From positions 1 through 64,000 of the forward strand of contig JAQGDQ010000254.1 of NCBI GenBank assembly GCA_030141605.1: DNA of 64,000 nucleotides. Direction: 5' to 3'. A program made the translations under genes and the position numbers. Positions 47,001 to 57,650 of this stretch are shown here, one piece after another (within the stretch, counting starts at the first letter, position 1; the number at the start of each line of letters is the position of its first letter). A model generated the notes under the pieces. That model ran no database searches. It saw only the letters and a list, made by a program, of their open reading frames with translations, and was not told where the DNA came from. Source of the stretch: Tubiluchus corallicola. Its lineage: Eukaryota > Animalia > Priapulida.

Positions 47001-50000
47001 CTATCTTACTGATAAGTTTATTTCATAACTTACCTATTATTGTCAACAGATTTCTGTGACTAACGTAGTAATGTTATCGCATTTTATTTTACATTTAAGC
47101 TACACTCGCGGGAAACATGGCTGAAAGAAGCACGGTCTATTAAAGAAGGCGAAGTACCATACAAGATGGTAAAACCACGACCCAAACCGGGTAAACCTAA
47201 AGGAGAACCATTAGAAGCCACCCTTCAGCTTTACGGAAAGTGGCAAACAGAACCGTATAAACCTCCACCTATAGAAAATGGCAAAATACCACGGAATCAA
47301 TACGGAAACGTTGAGCTATTTAAGCCATGTATGTTGCCAGAAGGAGCTGCTCACTTGAGACGTAAGCATGCTACAGTAGGATTTAACACAATGAAAGTAA
47401 CGAAGCTTTTTTATCACTGGTACAGTAGAATCTTGGTTATTCCTAATAATGATCTCCCTAGCCAGATTTTTGTAGATATAGTGAAGTTTAATTTTTATCT
47501 TAATCGATGCAACAGGAACAGTCTCAATACATGGTGACATACTATGAATATTGTTACATCATACGTTAATATTACTATCATATACACTATCATTACTGTA
47601 AAGGAATAATTGTACTGCAGTGGGCTAGGCAAGCAATACTTGCATGTATAAGTCCAGTGACGTGAACCAAAAAAAGAACAGGGAGAAAGATTAGATCACA
47701 CAGGAAAGGAAGAAAGATGTGTTAGTGGAAGTTGTAAGAAGAAAGGCAGCAGGTTGTACGATGTTTACCTCAGCTCTAGATATCGACTCATCTTTTAAGC
47801 ATAATTTGTACTGGGATTGTGATATATGAATTATATTTTAAAGTGCTTTGACTTTTAATGCTCAATGAATCCTTGCAAGAGATGGGCAAGTGTGAGCCAG
47901 TTTGCATTTTTTTGTGTGTTTGGCACACTTCAAGTCAGTATCCAACATTCAGTGGCATTGTATACTCAGGAAAACATTTTTACCTTGGTGGTGTAACTGT
48001 AACCTAGCTCTTTATTACGGATATCTCTCTAAGGTGAGCCAGTGAACCGGCAAATTTGTTTAGACCACATTTTGGTGGATTTACATCCTCATCTTATGAG
48101 GTAAATGGCTGAGAACCAGTGCTGTGAGTGAAACCTTTAGGGACACATATATCATACCCAAACAGTCACTTAGGGATGCTATCTTCTACTAAAAGGATAC
48201 TGATTTAAAATCTTTCCGACACTTTGTAGATACGCCTCTTGTTTTAGTTGATTTAGGAATATTCTGTAAATAAATTCCAGCCCTTATGGGGCATTTAGAA
48301 CATTCATTCTCAACTAAATCCACAGTAAAACCACATCTTTGAAGAGTTTATTTAATGTGAGTAGTTGTGCAAGGGTTCTTTTCTCTAATTACTGTACTAG
48401 ATTTGTTCAAATTATTTTTATGATCTCTTTAAAACTAATCTTTGATGAGACATTTTTAATATATTACATTCTAATAAAAAGTCTTGTGGTCATTATTTTT
48501 TAGTACCTGGTTTAAATCGAATAGCACAAAAGTTGGCCGTTGATTGTGTACCAGCTATGGTTGGTTGGGACTTTCATGGAGGATACAGTCATGCCGTGTA
48601 AGAATTGCTACTATAATTTTCAAATATAATATTCATTTCAAATTCAGTTTATTTTTATAACTTTGAAAATGACACCTGCTTATAAATAGTCATACATGAA
48701 ATCAATGGGATGTTATTTCCAGTGTTAGAAGGCTAATCATTAAATACCTGTAATTAACACCTTCATGAGTATCCACCTATCATAGCTGGTATGTGAATAT
48801 AAGCACCTGCAGTTTTCTTATATTTAAGTGCGCATAAATAGTATTAAAGCTTTACTAAGTATTATTTGCTTTCTAGTACCTGGATTAAACCGTATAGCGC
48901 AAAAGTTGAACGTTGATTGCGTACCGGCTATGATTGGTTGGGACTTCCATGGAGGCTGGAATCACGCAGTGTAGGTGGAGTGAAAATTTCGAAGTCCACA
49001 CAAAATTTAAAATAATTTTTTTTATTCGTAGTAGGACAAATGAAACTTTCAGATAATCAAAAATCACTAAATACTACCATACTCAATCTATCATTTGTAG
49101 TTAAACTGCACTAGCTTCTGTTGGTTTAATGTTTTCAAATAGATGACAACTTATGTATAATGAAGTGACATCTAGTGACAAGGAAAAGGAAGAGTTATGA
49201 GTGGGAATCTTTTAAACTACAATGGTCGTAAAGGGTGGTCATTGCTTATTATAGAGAGACTTGATTTAGAAAAATTGAAAATGTCAATTTAAAGTTTTTG
49301 TTTGTAACTTGTACATACATTTATAAGAACTGAAAATATTTTATAGTTTTCACTTGTAGATTGAGGCATGTGAATAACGCTCAAGCAAAAATAATTGGTT
49401 ATCTTGAGTTGCGTGATAACAAAAATTGTTTGCGTTAATTTGCATAGACATTAACTCATTAAACATTTCTTTTACCTGGTTGATTAAAAGTTAGGAGTAA
49501 TTAGTCTCAAATAAACTGACTTGACTATAGTAATTTGTGACTGAAATCCATGTGGAATGTTTAATTAACAGTTTAAAGCAAGCTGTTCAACTTATATGCT
49601 GTACACATTCATGTAAAACACTAAATTGTGTAAGTTGTGCAAGTCCATCTCTTGTGCATTTAGACTTGACGGCTACATCGTCTGCGCTGAACATGCTGAT
49701 AGTCTCCGTGAAGCTTGGGAGGCGGAACAGGAAGAATTTGAACGCAGGCAGAAACAGAAACGACAGAAAAAGGCAATAGCAAATTGGAGACTGTTGACGC
49801 GTGGTTTGCTGATCAGAGAGAGATTGCGCAATCGCTATGATCTACAGGTCAGTTGCCTTAGTTGTAAAGGTTGATTGAAAAGTAACTGCTGAATTTTTAG
49901 GCTCATTAATTTTTTTTAATCTAATAAATGTTTAAAAAAAATCTCTACTACAGTATTAAATTCTATTTATAGTATTGTCGTTTTATGACGCTGAGAGCTT

Positions 50001-50188
50001 CTGCCAAACAACTTTAATCTTTCCTGCAATGACATTCACCAGTTTTACACTACGTCGAACATTTTCTTTCACAGAAACCCAAGCCAGTGAATATCAAAGA
50101 AGGAGAAAAAGCAAAAGATGACGAATCATCTTGGCCCAGAAACAGAGGACTTGTGAAACAGCTTGACACTTACAGTGAACAAATGTGA
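32041..50188 (+). CDS. XPC: XPC/Rad4 DNA damage recognition protein, about 945 aa; exons 32041-32182, 34050-34658, 35554-35650, 36715-36799, 38029-38247, 38591-38653, 39620-39706, 40859-41190, 42890-43020, 44097-44345, 45604-45773, 47100-47361, [48504-48597 OR 48877-48970], 49664-49847, 50075-50188
   Basis: All GT-AG with consistent phases (2838 nt). Motifs [102 protein letters not shown]. The low-complexity N-terminal exons 1-4 and exon 6 are less certain. Confidence 0.92.
41541..42824. mobile_element. Non-autonomous DNA transposon (MULE/hAT-like) in XPC intron 8
   Basis: Imperfect TIRs GGGTTACTCTCGTTTCCCAG / GTGGGAAACAGACATAAACCT, subterminal TTCCCAGAAA-type repeats inverted at both ends, and 8-bp direct repeat TGAAGAAT at 41533-41540 and 42825-42832. 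Confidence 0.7.
43309..43630. repeat. Long inverted repeat (foldback, arms about 150 bp, spacer about 25 bp) in XPC intron 9
   Basis: e.g. AAAAGATGGTATTTTGGCAGAATTAAATTTC vs GAAATTTAATTCTGCCAAAATACCATCTTTT; TTCCCTCTGAACGTGCA vs TGCACGTTCAGAGGGAA. Confidence 0.93.
48504..48597 (+). CDS. XPC: XPC exon 13a (BHD3 beta-hairpin): (L)[31 protein letters not shown]
   Basis: TTTTTAG acceptor, GTAAGA donor, 94 nt, phase 1 to 2. Confidence 0.9.
48877..48970 (+). CDS. XPC: XPC exon 13b (duplicate): (L)[31 protein letters not shown]
   Basis: TTTCTAG acceptor, GTAGGT donor, 94 nt, same phases as 13a, no stop codon. Confidence 0.85.
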
Positions 50189-51524
50189 ACACAAGGCGTT
50201 TCCACAGTTGAAGAAAAACTCACTTTTTACGAAATCATGGTTTCTGCTTTCACATTTTGGGAGAAAATTTTCCTAGTTGTTAAATAATTTACACTATTTA
50301 AAAAGTTGTTAGATTGCTGTATGTGTAATCAAGTTTTCTTGGTATACTAATGTGGTTCAAATGCAGAATATTTTCTACGTTGATCATGGACTGAATAACA
50401 AAAAGTGTTAAACTAAGTAATCACAGTTGTTGATGATGTGTAATGCGTAGAATCATGTGATTTTGCATACAGGAATAATTACAGTTGTAAAACGTTTTTT
50501 CATTGAATATTAAATTATTCATCATCACGTACACAATTCTATTGCATAAATCTAGAAAAAAATAATTACAGTTCTTAGCAAAAGACCAGTTTGTGTTCTG
50601 TGTTCACTATTATCAGCCAATAATTACTAACGACCGATAAGCAAGATCCACACGTGACTAAATGATTATCTGATCATGTCGTCCCAAATTTCATTTGCAA
50701 AACGTCTTAAACTTGATCATCTATTCATTCAGGTTGCAAGTCTCCTGTCGTTATGTTTACAATGGTAACAATGTATTTGATGTAGGATTTTTAAAGGACA
50801 CTGTAAGAGCAATACTATCAGACTATACACTAGCAAAACATGAGAAATCTTATTCTTGTTTTACAGTATGGCTAGTACTATTGTACATGTGCAGGTGCTA
50901 AACAAACTAAAACAGTGCTCAGTAACAAAGGTGATAAACCAAAATTAATAAGCTAGAGCTATGTGCTGCATCATTTACACTTGTACGTAGCCCAGCCACA
51001 CTCAGTTATCAGGTTTTGACTGTTCTGCTGACTTGATTACTTTTGTGTACAAGTTTACCTTGCAAAAGATACAGTGTAAAACTCTACTTTCGTGCTCACA
51101 GCTACTGTGTCAGGGCCTTGGGTTCTAATATAAAATAATGGGAAATCCGAGTTTAATCATACAAATTAAGCAGAGTTAACCGAAGAGCATTTCTTATTTC
51201 TGTTTAAACTTAACAACGAAAGTGTTTTTGTAAGCCACAATGTAGAAACAGCTAATGTCAGAGTATGTCTGTGACAGGCTGAAAGCCTGAATTTACGAAT
51301 GATTTAACTACACATGTATTAGCAAGATAAAATGTATGCCAGTGACATGTAACTACATAACAAAACAACTAACTAAATGCTAAATTACATTAACCACTAA
51401 TAACTAAAAAAAAGTGTTGCTTCTAACTATATTCTGTATTGTAAAAGCTTTAAACAAAGCATGTTGTGAGACAAGAGAACAATTATTTGCATTTAGTTCG
51501 CATTAACTAACGAGATATTTAATT

Positions 51525-51530
51525 TTTATT
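51525..51530 (-). terminator. Candidate polyadenylation signal for RBM28 (or for the whole cluster)
   Basis: AATAAA on the minus strand about 220 nt after the RBM28 stop. Confidence 0.45.
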
Positions 51531-51747
51531 TTATCAACATGATTTAATGTAGGTTTATAACATTACTCAATTCAGCAAAGCAAGAAAAAGGCTCAATTTC
51601 TGCACACAAAAAACAATTTTGCATTTAGCTGTAAAATCTCTGCTCGTAATGTGGTAAAACACAAGTTCTAGAATCTGAAAGCGTGGTCTGATGCATGTCT
51701 GCTTACAAAAAACTATAAGCTGTAGAATTTATAAAGAGCATTAAATG

Positions 51748-54060
51748 CTAACTATCAAACCATTTGCTTTCTTTCATACCAATACCCGCAAACTTGTTTT
51801 TGTACTGATTTATTAATTTGTCCAAACTGTCACTTGTCTTCTGCTTAACTCGAATGTTTTTCTGCTTCTCGGGCTTCACAACATCTCTTTTGACCTGCTG
51901 CCTAGACTTTTTCCCAATTGGCTTGTTAGATTTTACTGCCCTGGCTTTGTGCCGAATTTTCGGGCCAAAATGAGAAGGCAAAGTATTTGGTGGTTTTCGC
52001 TTTCCAGATGACATTGCTGTGCCGTCCTTTTGATGCTTCTGAATTTTACTTTTAGTATCCTTAACAATTGTCCCAGTATCTTGCTTGGCTTTTTTGGATA
52101 CACCTCCAACATCATCTTTTATCTTTCGCTTTTCAGCGGTGCCTTGTTTCAGCATATTTCGCTCTCGTTTTCGCTTCTGGGCATTAAGAGCGACCCTGTT
52201 TTCTAACGAAAATTCTACGATGAGCCTTCGGTTGTTAGGAAATAGATTTGGATTGTTATTGGTGTTGTGCAATGCAGACAAAGCATCTTCGTGTTTGGCA
52301 AACTCCACAAAACCATAACCAAAAGACTTGGCGATGCCCTTGCTGTTAACCTGCCTCCTGTCCCTCATTACTCTAGCCTTGGTAATCCTCGTGATTTTAG
52401 TTTCAGCAGCTTTTGCAAATATTTCCTTTAAATTTTTGTCATCAACTGACTTGGGAAGATTTCTCACACATAGACGGACACACGAGATGAAAATATTCAA
52501 GTTTTTCAGTTTCTGTCTTTTCGTCATTTCTAACTGTTGACGTTTCAGGAGGTCCTGTTTTGGTGTTCCAGCAGCTGCTTGCGTTCCCATTCGTATTAAT
52601 CCCACACGTGCAAGGTGGAGGTTACGGTTATCCTTTGGCTCTTTTTCTTTTTGGGTAAGCTTGCTCGCTTCTTCTCGATTAATGGCTTTGGTTATTAACA
52701 GCTTTCTGTTTTTCAAAATCAATGAATTATCGGCTGTATTACTCTTCTGTATGCAATCTTCTGCTGCTTCCACTGTAGCAAATTTCACAAAAGCTGTCCC
52801 TTTTGGATGCTCGGTGAGAGGATCCACACAAACTCGGATGTACACTACTTTCCCAAACTGTTTGAAAATGCCGTCTATATCTGCTTCCTCTGCATCATAG
52901 CTGAGATTTCGTATAAAGACTGTTTTGCCTTCGCCAACATCATCTGGAAGCTTTAATCTCTCTTTTTTTGATTTAGTTTTACCACTTTGTTGCTCTACGT
53001 CATACTCGTCTTTTGTATCACTGCCATCATGATCTAAATCACTATCAGCATTATCATCGTTTGGATCAGAAATACTACCGTCCTCATTGTCGTCATCACT
53101 GACACTGGATTCTCTGCTTTCATCATTGTCGTCAGACTCACTAACTGCACCTTTTTTGTCAGATTCGGTCATATCGTTACCTTGCCCCGTGACCTTGCTT
53201 TGCATTAAAGTCATGTACTGTTGTTTCGGCAAGGCCCAATCAACAGCGATTTTTCGTCCCTTCACTTCCATCATGTTCACTTTGTCCACAGCCTCAGCAG
53301 CAGCGTTAACATCAACAAACTGAACAAATGCAAAACCAGGCATTTTTCCATTGCCCTTTTTTGGTATAACTACTTCACTCAATTCACCGTATTTGGAAAA
53401 GATCTTTGTAAGATCGCTCTCTGAGCACTGAAAGGGAAGATTCCGAACGATTAACCTTGATTTTTTTAAAGACAGCTTCTGCCGAGAAGTTGCTTGTTCT
53501 TTGTCAGCTAGCAAGAATGTTTGCGCTTTGCACTGTTTTATCATTTTTCCACTGAGTTTCTTTCTTGCTTTAATTGCACTTCCAACTGTAGCAAATGTCA
53601 CTAAAGCTGTTCTATCAATGACATCAATACTGGCAGGATACTCTAAAGATCGGACATTCTTCAGCTTTTTCAGAGTTTGCATTACATCTTCTTTTACTAC
53701 AGTTTCATCTAAGCCACTAAGTACTAAAACTTTCTTATCGGCATCTTTTTCATGTATCACGTTCTTTGAATTTTCCTTTGCTTTACGTTTTTCTTTTCGT
53801 TTATCTAATTTATGCTCGGCAAACTGAATGAACACTTTCCTGTTCTCCACAGATTTCACCTCTTTCATTGCGTTTTCCGCATCCTCCCGCATAGCAAACG
53901 TGACGTATCCAAAACCTCGGCATGTATCACTCCCCTTTTCCTTAACTACGAAGCACCTATTTACCGGTCCATATTCACTAAATACATTTTCTAGCTGCTT
54001 ATCTGAGGTTGTATAAGTTAAGTTTCTCACAAATAATGTTTTGCTACAAACACGAGCCAT
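51748..54060 (-). CDS. RBM28: RNA-binding protein 28 (Nop4 ortholog), 770 aa, intronless CDS
   Basis: RRMs (TLFVRNL/RGFGYVTF; RLIVRNL/GFAFVQF/IAVDWAL; TVFIRNL/KGTAFVKF; RLCVRNLP/GYGFVEF), acidic linker, KDNRNLHLA, NNNP...RRLIVEFSLEN and basic tail. Confidence 0.95.
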   Translation of the reverse strand: MARVCSKTLFVRNLTYTTSDKQLENVFSEYGPVNRCFVVKEKGSDTCRGFGYVTFAMREDAENAMKEVKSVENRKVFIQFAEHKLDKRKEKRKAKENSKNVIHEKDADKKVLVLSGLDETVVKEDVMQTLKKLKNVRSLEYPASIDVIDRTALVTFATVGSAIKARKKLSGKMIKQCKAQTFLLADKEQATSRQKLSLKKSRLIVRNLPFQCSESDLTKIFSKYGELSEVVIPKKGNGKMPGFAFVQFVDVNAAAEAVDKVNMMEVKGRKIAVDWALPKQQYMTLMQSKVTGQGNDMTESDKKGAVSESDDNDESRESSVSDDDNEDGSISDPNDDNADSDLDHDGSDTKDEYDVEQQSGKTKSKKERLKLPDDVGEGKTVFIRNLSYDAEEADIDGIFKQFGKVVYIRVCVDPLTEHPKGTAFVKFATVEAAEDCIQKSNTADNSLILKNRKLLITKAINREEASKLTQKEKEPKDNRNLHLARVGLIRMGTQAAAGTPKQDLLKRQQLEMTKRQKLKNLNIFISCVRLCVRNLPKSVDDKNLKEIFAKAAETKITRITKARVMRDRRQVNSKGIAKSFGYGFVEFAKHEDALSALHNTNNNPNLFPNNRRLIVEFSLENRVALNAQKRKRERNMLKQGTAEKRKIKDDVGGVSKKAKQDTGTIVKDTKSKIQKHQKDGTAMSSGKRKPPNTLPSHFGPKIRHKARAVKSNKPIGKKSRQQVKRDVVKPEKQKNIRVKQKTSDSLDKLINQYKNKFAGIGMKESKWFDS

Positions 54061-54178
54061 GATCTCAAGGAATTAGATTCGATTAACTAGCATTCCAAAC
54101 TCTTTATATTCATGAGATGCTAAGCAGCTCTTCAGCTACCGGCTAAATCTTTGTTTCAATTGCTTTGGCTGGATCATG

Positions 54179-54710
54179 CTAATCATTTGATTCTATATTC
54201 TTAAGTTGTGCTATAAACTTTTTCTTTTCTGCCTCTATGTATTCATCCAGATCCTGGAAAAAAGAAAAATATGACAATCTAGTGGAGAACTAATACTGTC
54301 CTATGTTCCTGTAGAGAGTATATGCTTGCATTCATATATCAAAACCATCCTAAGCAATTATTCTGCAACTAAGGCAGATTTATGATTGTACAAAAATAAA
54401 AAAATCTGTCAATTTTATTCATTTTTTACTAAATTCCAATCTCAGGTACTAACCAGGTGAAATATGGATTTGATCGTGTTAGGAAACGTAGAAACCAGGT
54501 CTGATAAAAATGTATTCATCCTATCTCCTGAATTATGCACCATAGATCACCAATATAAAAACCTCAAAATATTTTTATTAAAAACTGTTGAGACAAACTT
54601 ACATCAAGAGGTCTGTAGATCATGTGGACAACTTGTGATCCAGCAAACATGGATAATCCAGCAGCTATTAAAAATCTAAGGTATGCACCCCATGTGACAC
54701 CAGCAGGCAT
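54179..54710 (-). CDS. UQCC6: UQCC6/BRAWNIN (C12orf73, fly Sloth2) microprotein, 60 aa; exons 54710-54603 and 54253-54179
   Basis: MPAGVTWGAYLRFLIAAGLSMFAGSQVVHMIYRPLD|DLDEYIEAEKKKFIAQLKNIESND*; family hallmark MPAGVxW..Y...SM.AG..VVH..YRP; phase-0 intron GTAAGT...TTCCAG. Confidence 0.9.
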
Positions 54711-55284
54711 TCTGTGCAGCAAAATCAGGCTCTGCAAAAATATCAGGTTTAACCTTAATATTAACACCATAATATTAATATCACCGCACTGAAGGGAATT
54801 TCATATTAAACGTTAATGACATAAACACCCTTAAAGCAGTAGATTCTGTATTTCAGCCAGTAAGTGTGTCAAATATTTCAGCCCATGCCTTGAATCCTTA
54901 GTGTTCCTGTTCAAATCCCAACTGGAGTTACCACGTCTTAGCCCAAATCCAAAATGAGTCTCCGGTTGCTTTGGCAAGAGCTCCAGTTGACTGTCATGTT
55001 CACAGTGTGCTAGTGGCAAAGCCAAATTCACATAGAAATGATCCAAAATTTCATCGATTCTTGAGATAGTATTTAACGGTAATTTATTGTTAACTTCAGT
55101 TATATTGTGGTTATTAATACAATAACTTATTGACTATTATTGAAGCTTTGTTATTTCAGCATCCTATTCAAAACTTCCTATGCCACCTTCTATTAAGTGA
55201 CACTAAAAATTCATTACCACAACCACTACTGCGGACTTACTAGGTAATTTCTGTTTTATAACATATTCCTGCACATAATTAACT

Positions 55285-56383
55285 TTATTGTTTGACATTA
55301 ACAGGATTTTCGGTTGTTTCTACAGAATTTTCAATTGTTTCCACTAGCGCTAACTTCTTGGCTCGCTTGGCAGCTTCTTTGCTCTTGAATACCCTATCTA
55401 AAAATAAAGTATTTTTATTTTAATGTGTAATGTGCACAGTGAGCATACAATAGGCAAGAACTAAACTAAAAGCAAAATGAGTCCTGCAGTGGTAATTGCA
55501 CTGTAAGAACAAATGCAGCTAATGTTTAGAACCTAAACTAAAAAAGTATAACATCAAATAAATATTTCTGCATGTAATTATTGGATTAAGTACATTTGCA
55601 AATGTAAATTTATGCAATGTAATATTTTTCTATTGACAGCACAGTACTTTACAATATAGCTCTCTTTCTATATAAAACTAATTACAATTGCTTTGGGAAT
55701 CTTTTAATATTTGGCTAAAATTGAATGTGAAGCATTATAATACATGTTGCAACCACTTTTATTTAGGTTATGTTACAGTCAACCTCGGATATAAGGGACA
55801 CCGCAGGACTCAAAAAAACCGTCCCTTATATCCAATGTCCCTTATAGCCGAAGTTGAGTCAGACCGAGGGTGGATCTAGATCTGTATTTTTACACATATT
55901 TTTATGGATCATTGCTACACATTCAGTGCAAACGGTATGTAGGAAGCAATGAATGTTGCGAGATGTATGTGACTGCGGAAACCGAGCTAATCGAAGATCG
56001 AGTATGCGAAAAATTCAGGTTAAAAATCGATCAATATCACTTTTGATCATAGGGTCCCTTATATGCGAGGTAATTTACCTGGCTTTCTATTACGCGGGAC
56101 GTGAAGATATCGATCCTTATAACTGAAAGTCCCTTATATCCGAGTACCCTATATACGAAGATTTTTTCATAGGACAACAAATAACTCAAAAAGTCAAGCA
56201 ACAATTTCAGTGAATGTTTAACTTACAAAAGTTTGTTTCACCCACAGTCCAATTAATCATCGAAAATTCCAGTGCTGCGCCCAAAACAAAGAAAACTGGT
56301 AAAAATCTGTAAATTCCAAACACTCTTTTTCCAGGCCAGCGGTCCAAAATTTTCCGTAAAGTCTTACTGTATAAGAAAACCAT
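55285..56383 (-). CDS. UQCC5: UQCC5/SMIM4 (fly Sloth1) microprotein, 89 aa; exons 56383-56227 and 55397-55285
   Basis: MVFLYSKTLRKILDRWPGKRVFGIYRFLPVFFVLGAALEFSMINWTVGETNF|YRVFKSK...; family hallmark PGK..FGIYRFLP.FFVLG..E..MI...VG...FY; phase-1 intron GTAAGT...TTTTAG. Confidence 0.92.
55776..56165. mobile_element. pogo/Tigger-like MITE in the UQCC5 intron, right end apparently truncated
   Basis: TA|CAGTCAACCTCGGATATAAGGGAC left end; inverted subterminal GTCCCTTATA(TCC) motifs near 55821, 55837, 56054 and 56129. Confidence 0.65.
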
Positions 56384-56757
56384 ACTAAACGAACTCCACG
56401 TTTCGTTCACGTATAGCAGCTATAGATGTGTTGCAGCGATTTTACACCATACTTGTTCATGCCGCGCCCTCTCTTGTGCAGTTGTGCTCATGCGATAAAA
56501 TGCCAAATATGTCACCTAGTCCGCCCAAGTGCTTCTCTGAAGAAGTAAACGAACTATTCGAAATAAAGTTTTCTTTTCAACTCGCTTTTTCTGAATAAGC
56601 ATGCTCACATTCACGTCTAGTAGTTTTACTTGATTATTTATGAATGAAATTTCTGAAAAAGCCAGTTATGAATTCTGGCTTTTGGCCTAGCCTATCTTGT
56701 CTTAATTTTGGCCTAAAACGTTTTGGTAAAATGTTGTATTGTGTGTTAGGTTATATG

Positions 56758-56997
56758 AAAAATATATAAAATACAAATATTTAAATACAACATTAATATT
56801 TATATATTTAAAAATACTATAAGAATGAGAATATGCAAAAATTTTAAATAATAAAATGGAATCAAAAACAAAGAAATATATATAAAATACAAAATATTTA
56901 AATACAACATTAATATTTATATATTTAAAAACACTATAAGAATAACAATATGCAAAAATATTAAATAATAAAATGGAATCAAAAACAAAGAAATATT
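56758..56997. repeat. AT-rich tandem duplication, about 117 bp x2
   Basis: ...TTTAAATACAACATTAATATTTATATATTTAAAA...TAAATAATAAAATGGAATCAAAAACAAAGAAATAT occurs twice. Confidence 0.9.
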
Positions 56998-57417
56998 TAT
57001 AGACTACAGTGAAATAGACTGCGAAATATACAAAAATATCCGAAATATCCAGAAGAAAAATGCTAATGAACGCGGTACGAAATGCTAAACCAATAAGACA
57101 TGTCTATTGTGTAGCTACACTTATTTACTATTTACACTTTTACACACAAACCAAACAATGAAAAACACATGCACGCAAAAATATCAAATTCCAAATTAAC
57201 AATATGAGCATGAACACACAAATTATGTCTGTTTATAATAAAAATATTAGCAAAAATAATCAATTTGCTAGTTAACCATTTATTTACAACAAAAAGCACT
57301 AGCAGAAATATTGATAACTATTCAACCGAACTTTATAATAAAAAAAACGCTGGTACCACATACAAAATGAAACAAAATTATAGATAAGGATGTGCGCTAA
57401 AACTGCATCTATTTTGT

Positions 57418-57650
57418 ATTTATTCATTCACCAAAAACATGCAGTTACGCAAAACTGCATTAAGTATAAAAATCATAATTAACTCATGAATAAAAAGAGT
57501 TTCCTTGAATAGAGACGGCCAGCAAGGGTAGCTAGAAACTAATGCATTTATTCATCAACAAAAATATACAGTTACGAAAAACTGCACAAGTAGAAAAATC
57601 CTAACTAACTTATGTAAAAAAAGATAGTTCGTTGATAGGAGACGACCAGT
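57418..57650. repeat. Degenerate direct repeat, about 105-bp core with about 128-bp period
   Basis: TTTATTCAT...CAGTTACG.AAAACTGCA...GAGACG.CCAG occurs twice. Confidence 0.75.

Noticed and set aside
48877-48970. XPC exon 13b as a dead duplicate or haplotype assembly artefact
   Set aside because: Splice sites and frame are intact, changes are mostly synonymous, and flanking introns are not duplicated; not fully excluded without RNA data.
51933-54016. Short ORFs overlapping RBM28, mostly on the plus strand
   Set aside because: Antisense or alternate-frame shadows of the RBM28 CDS with no recognisable motifs.
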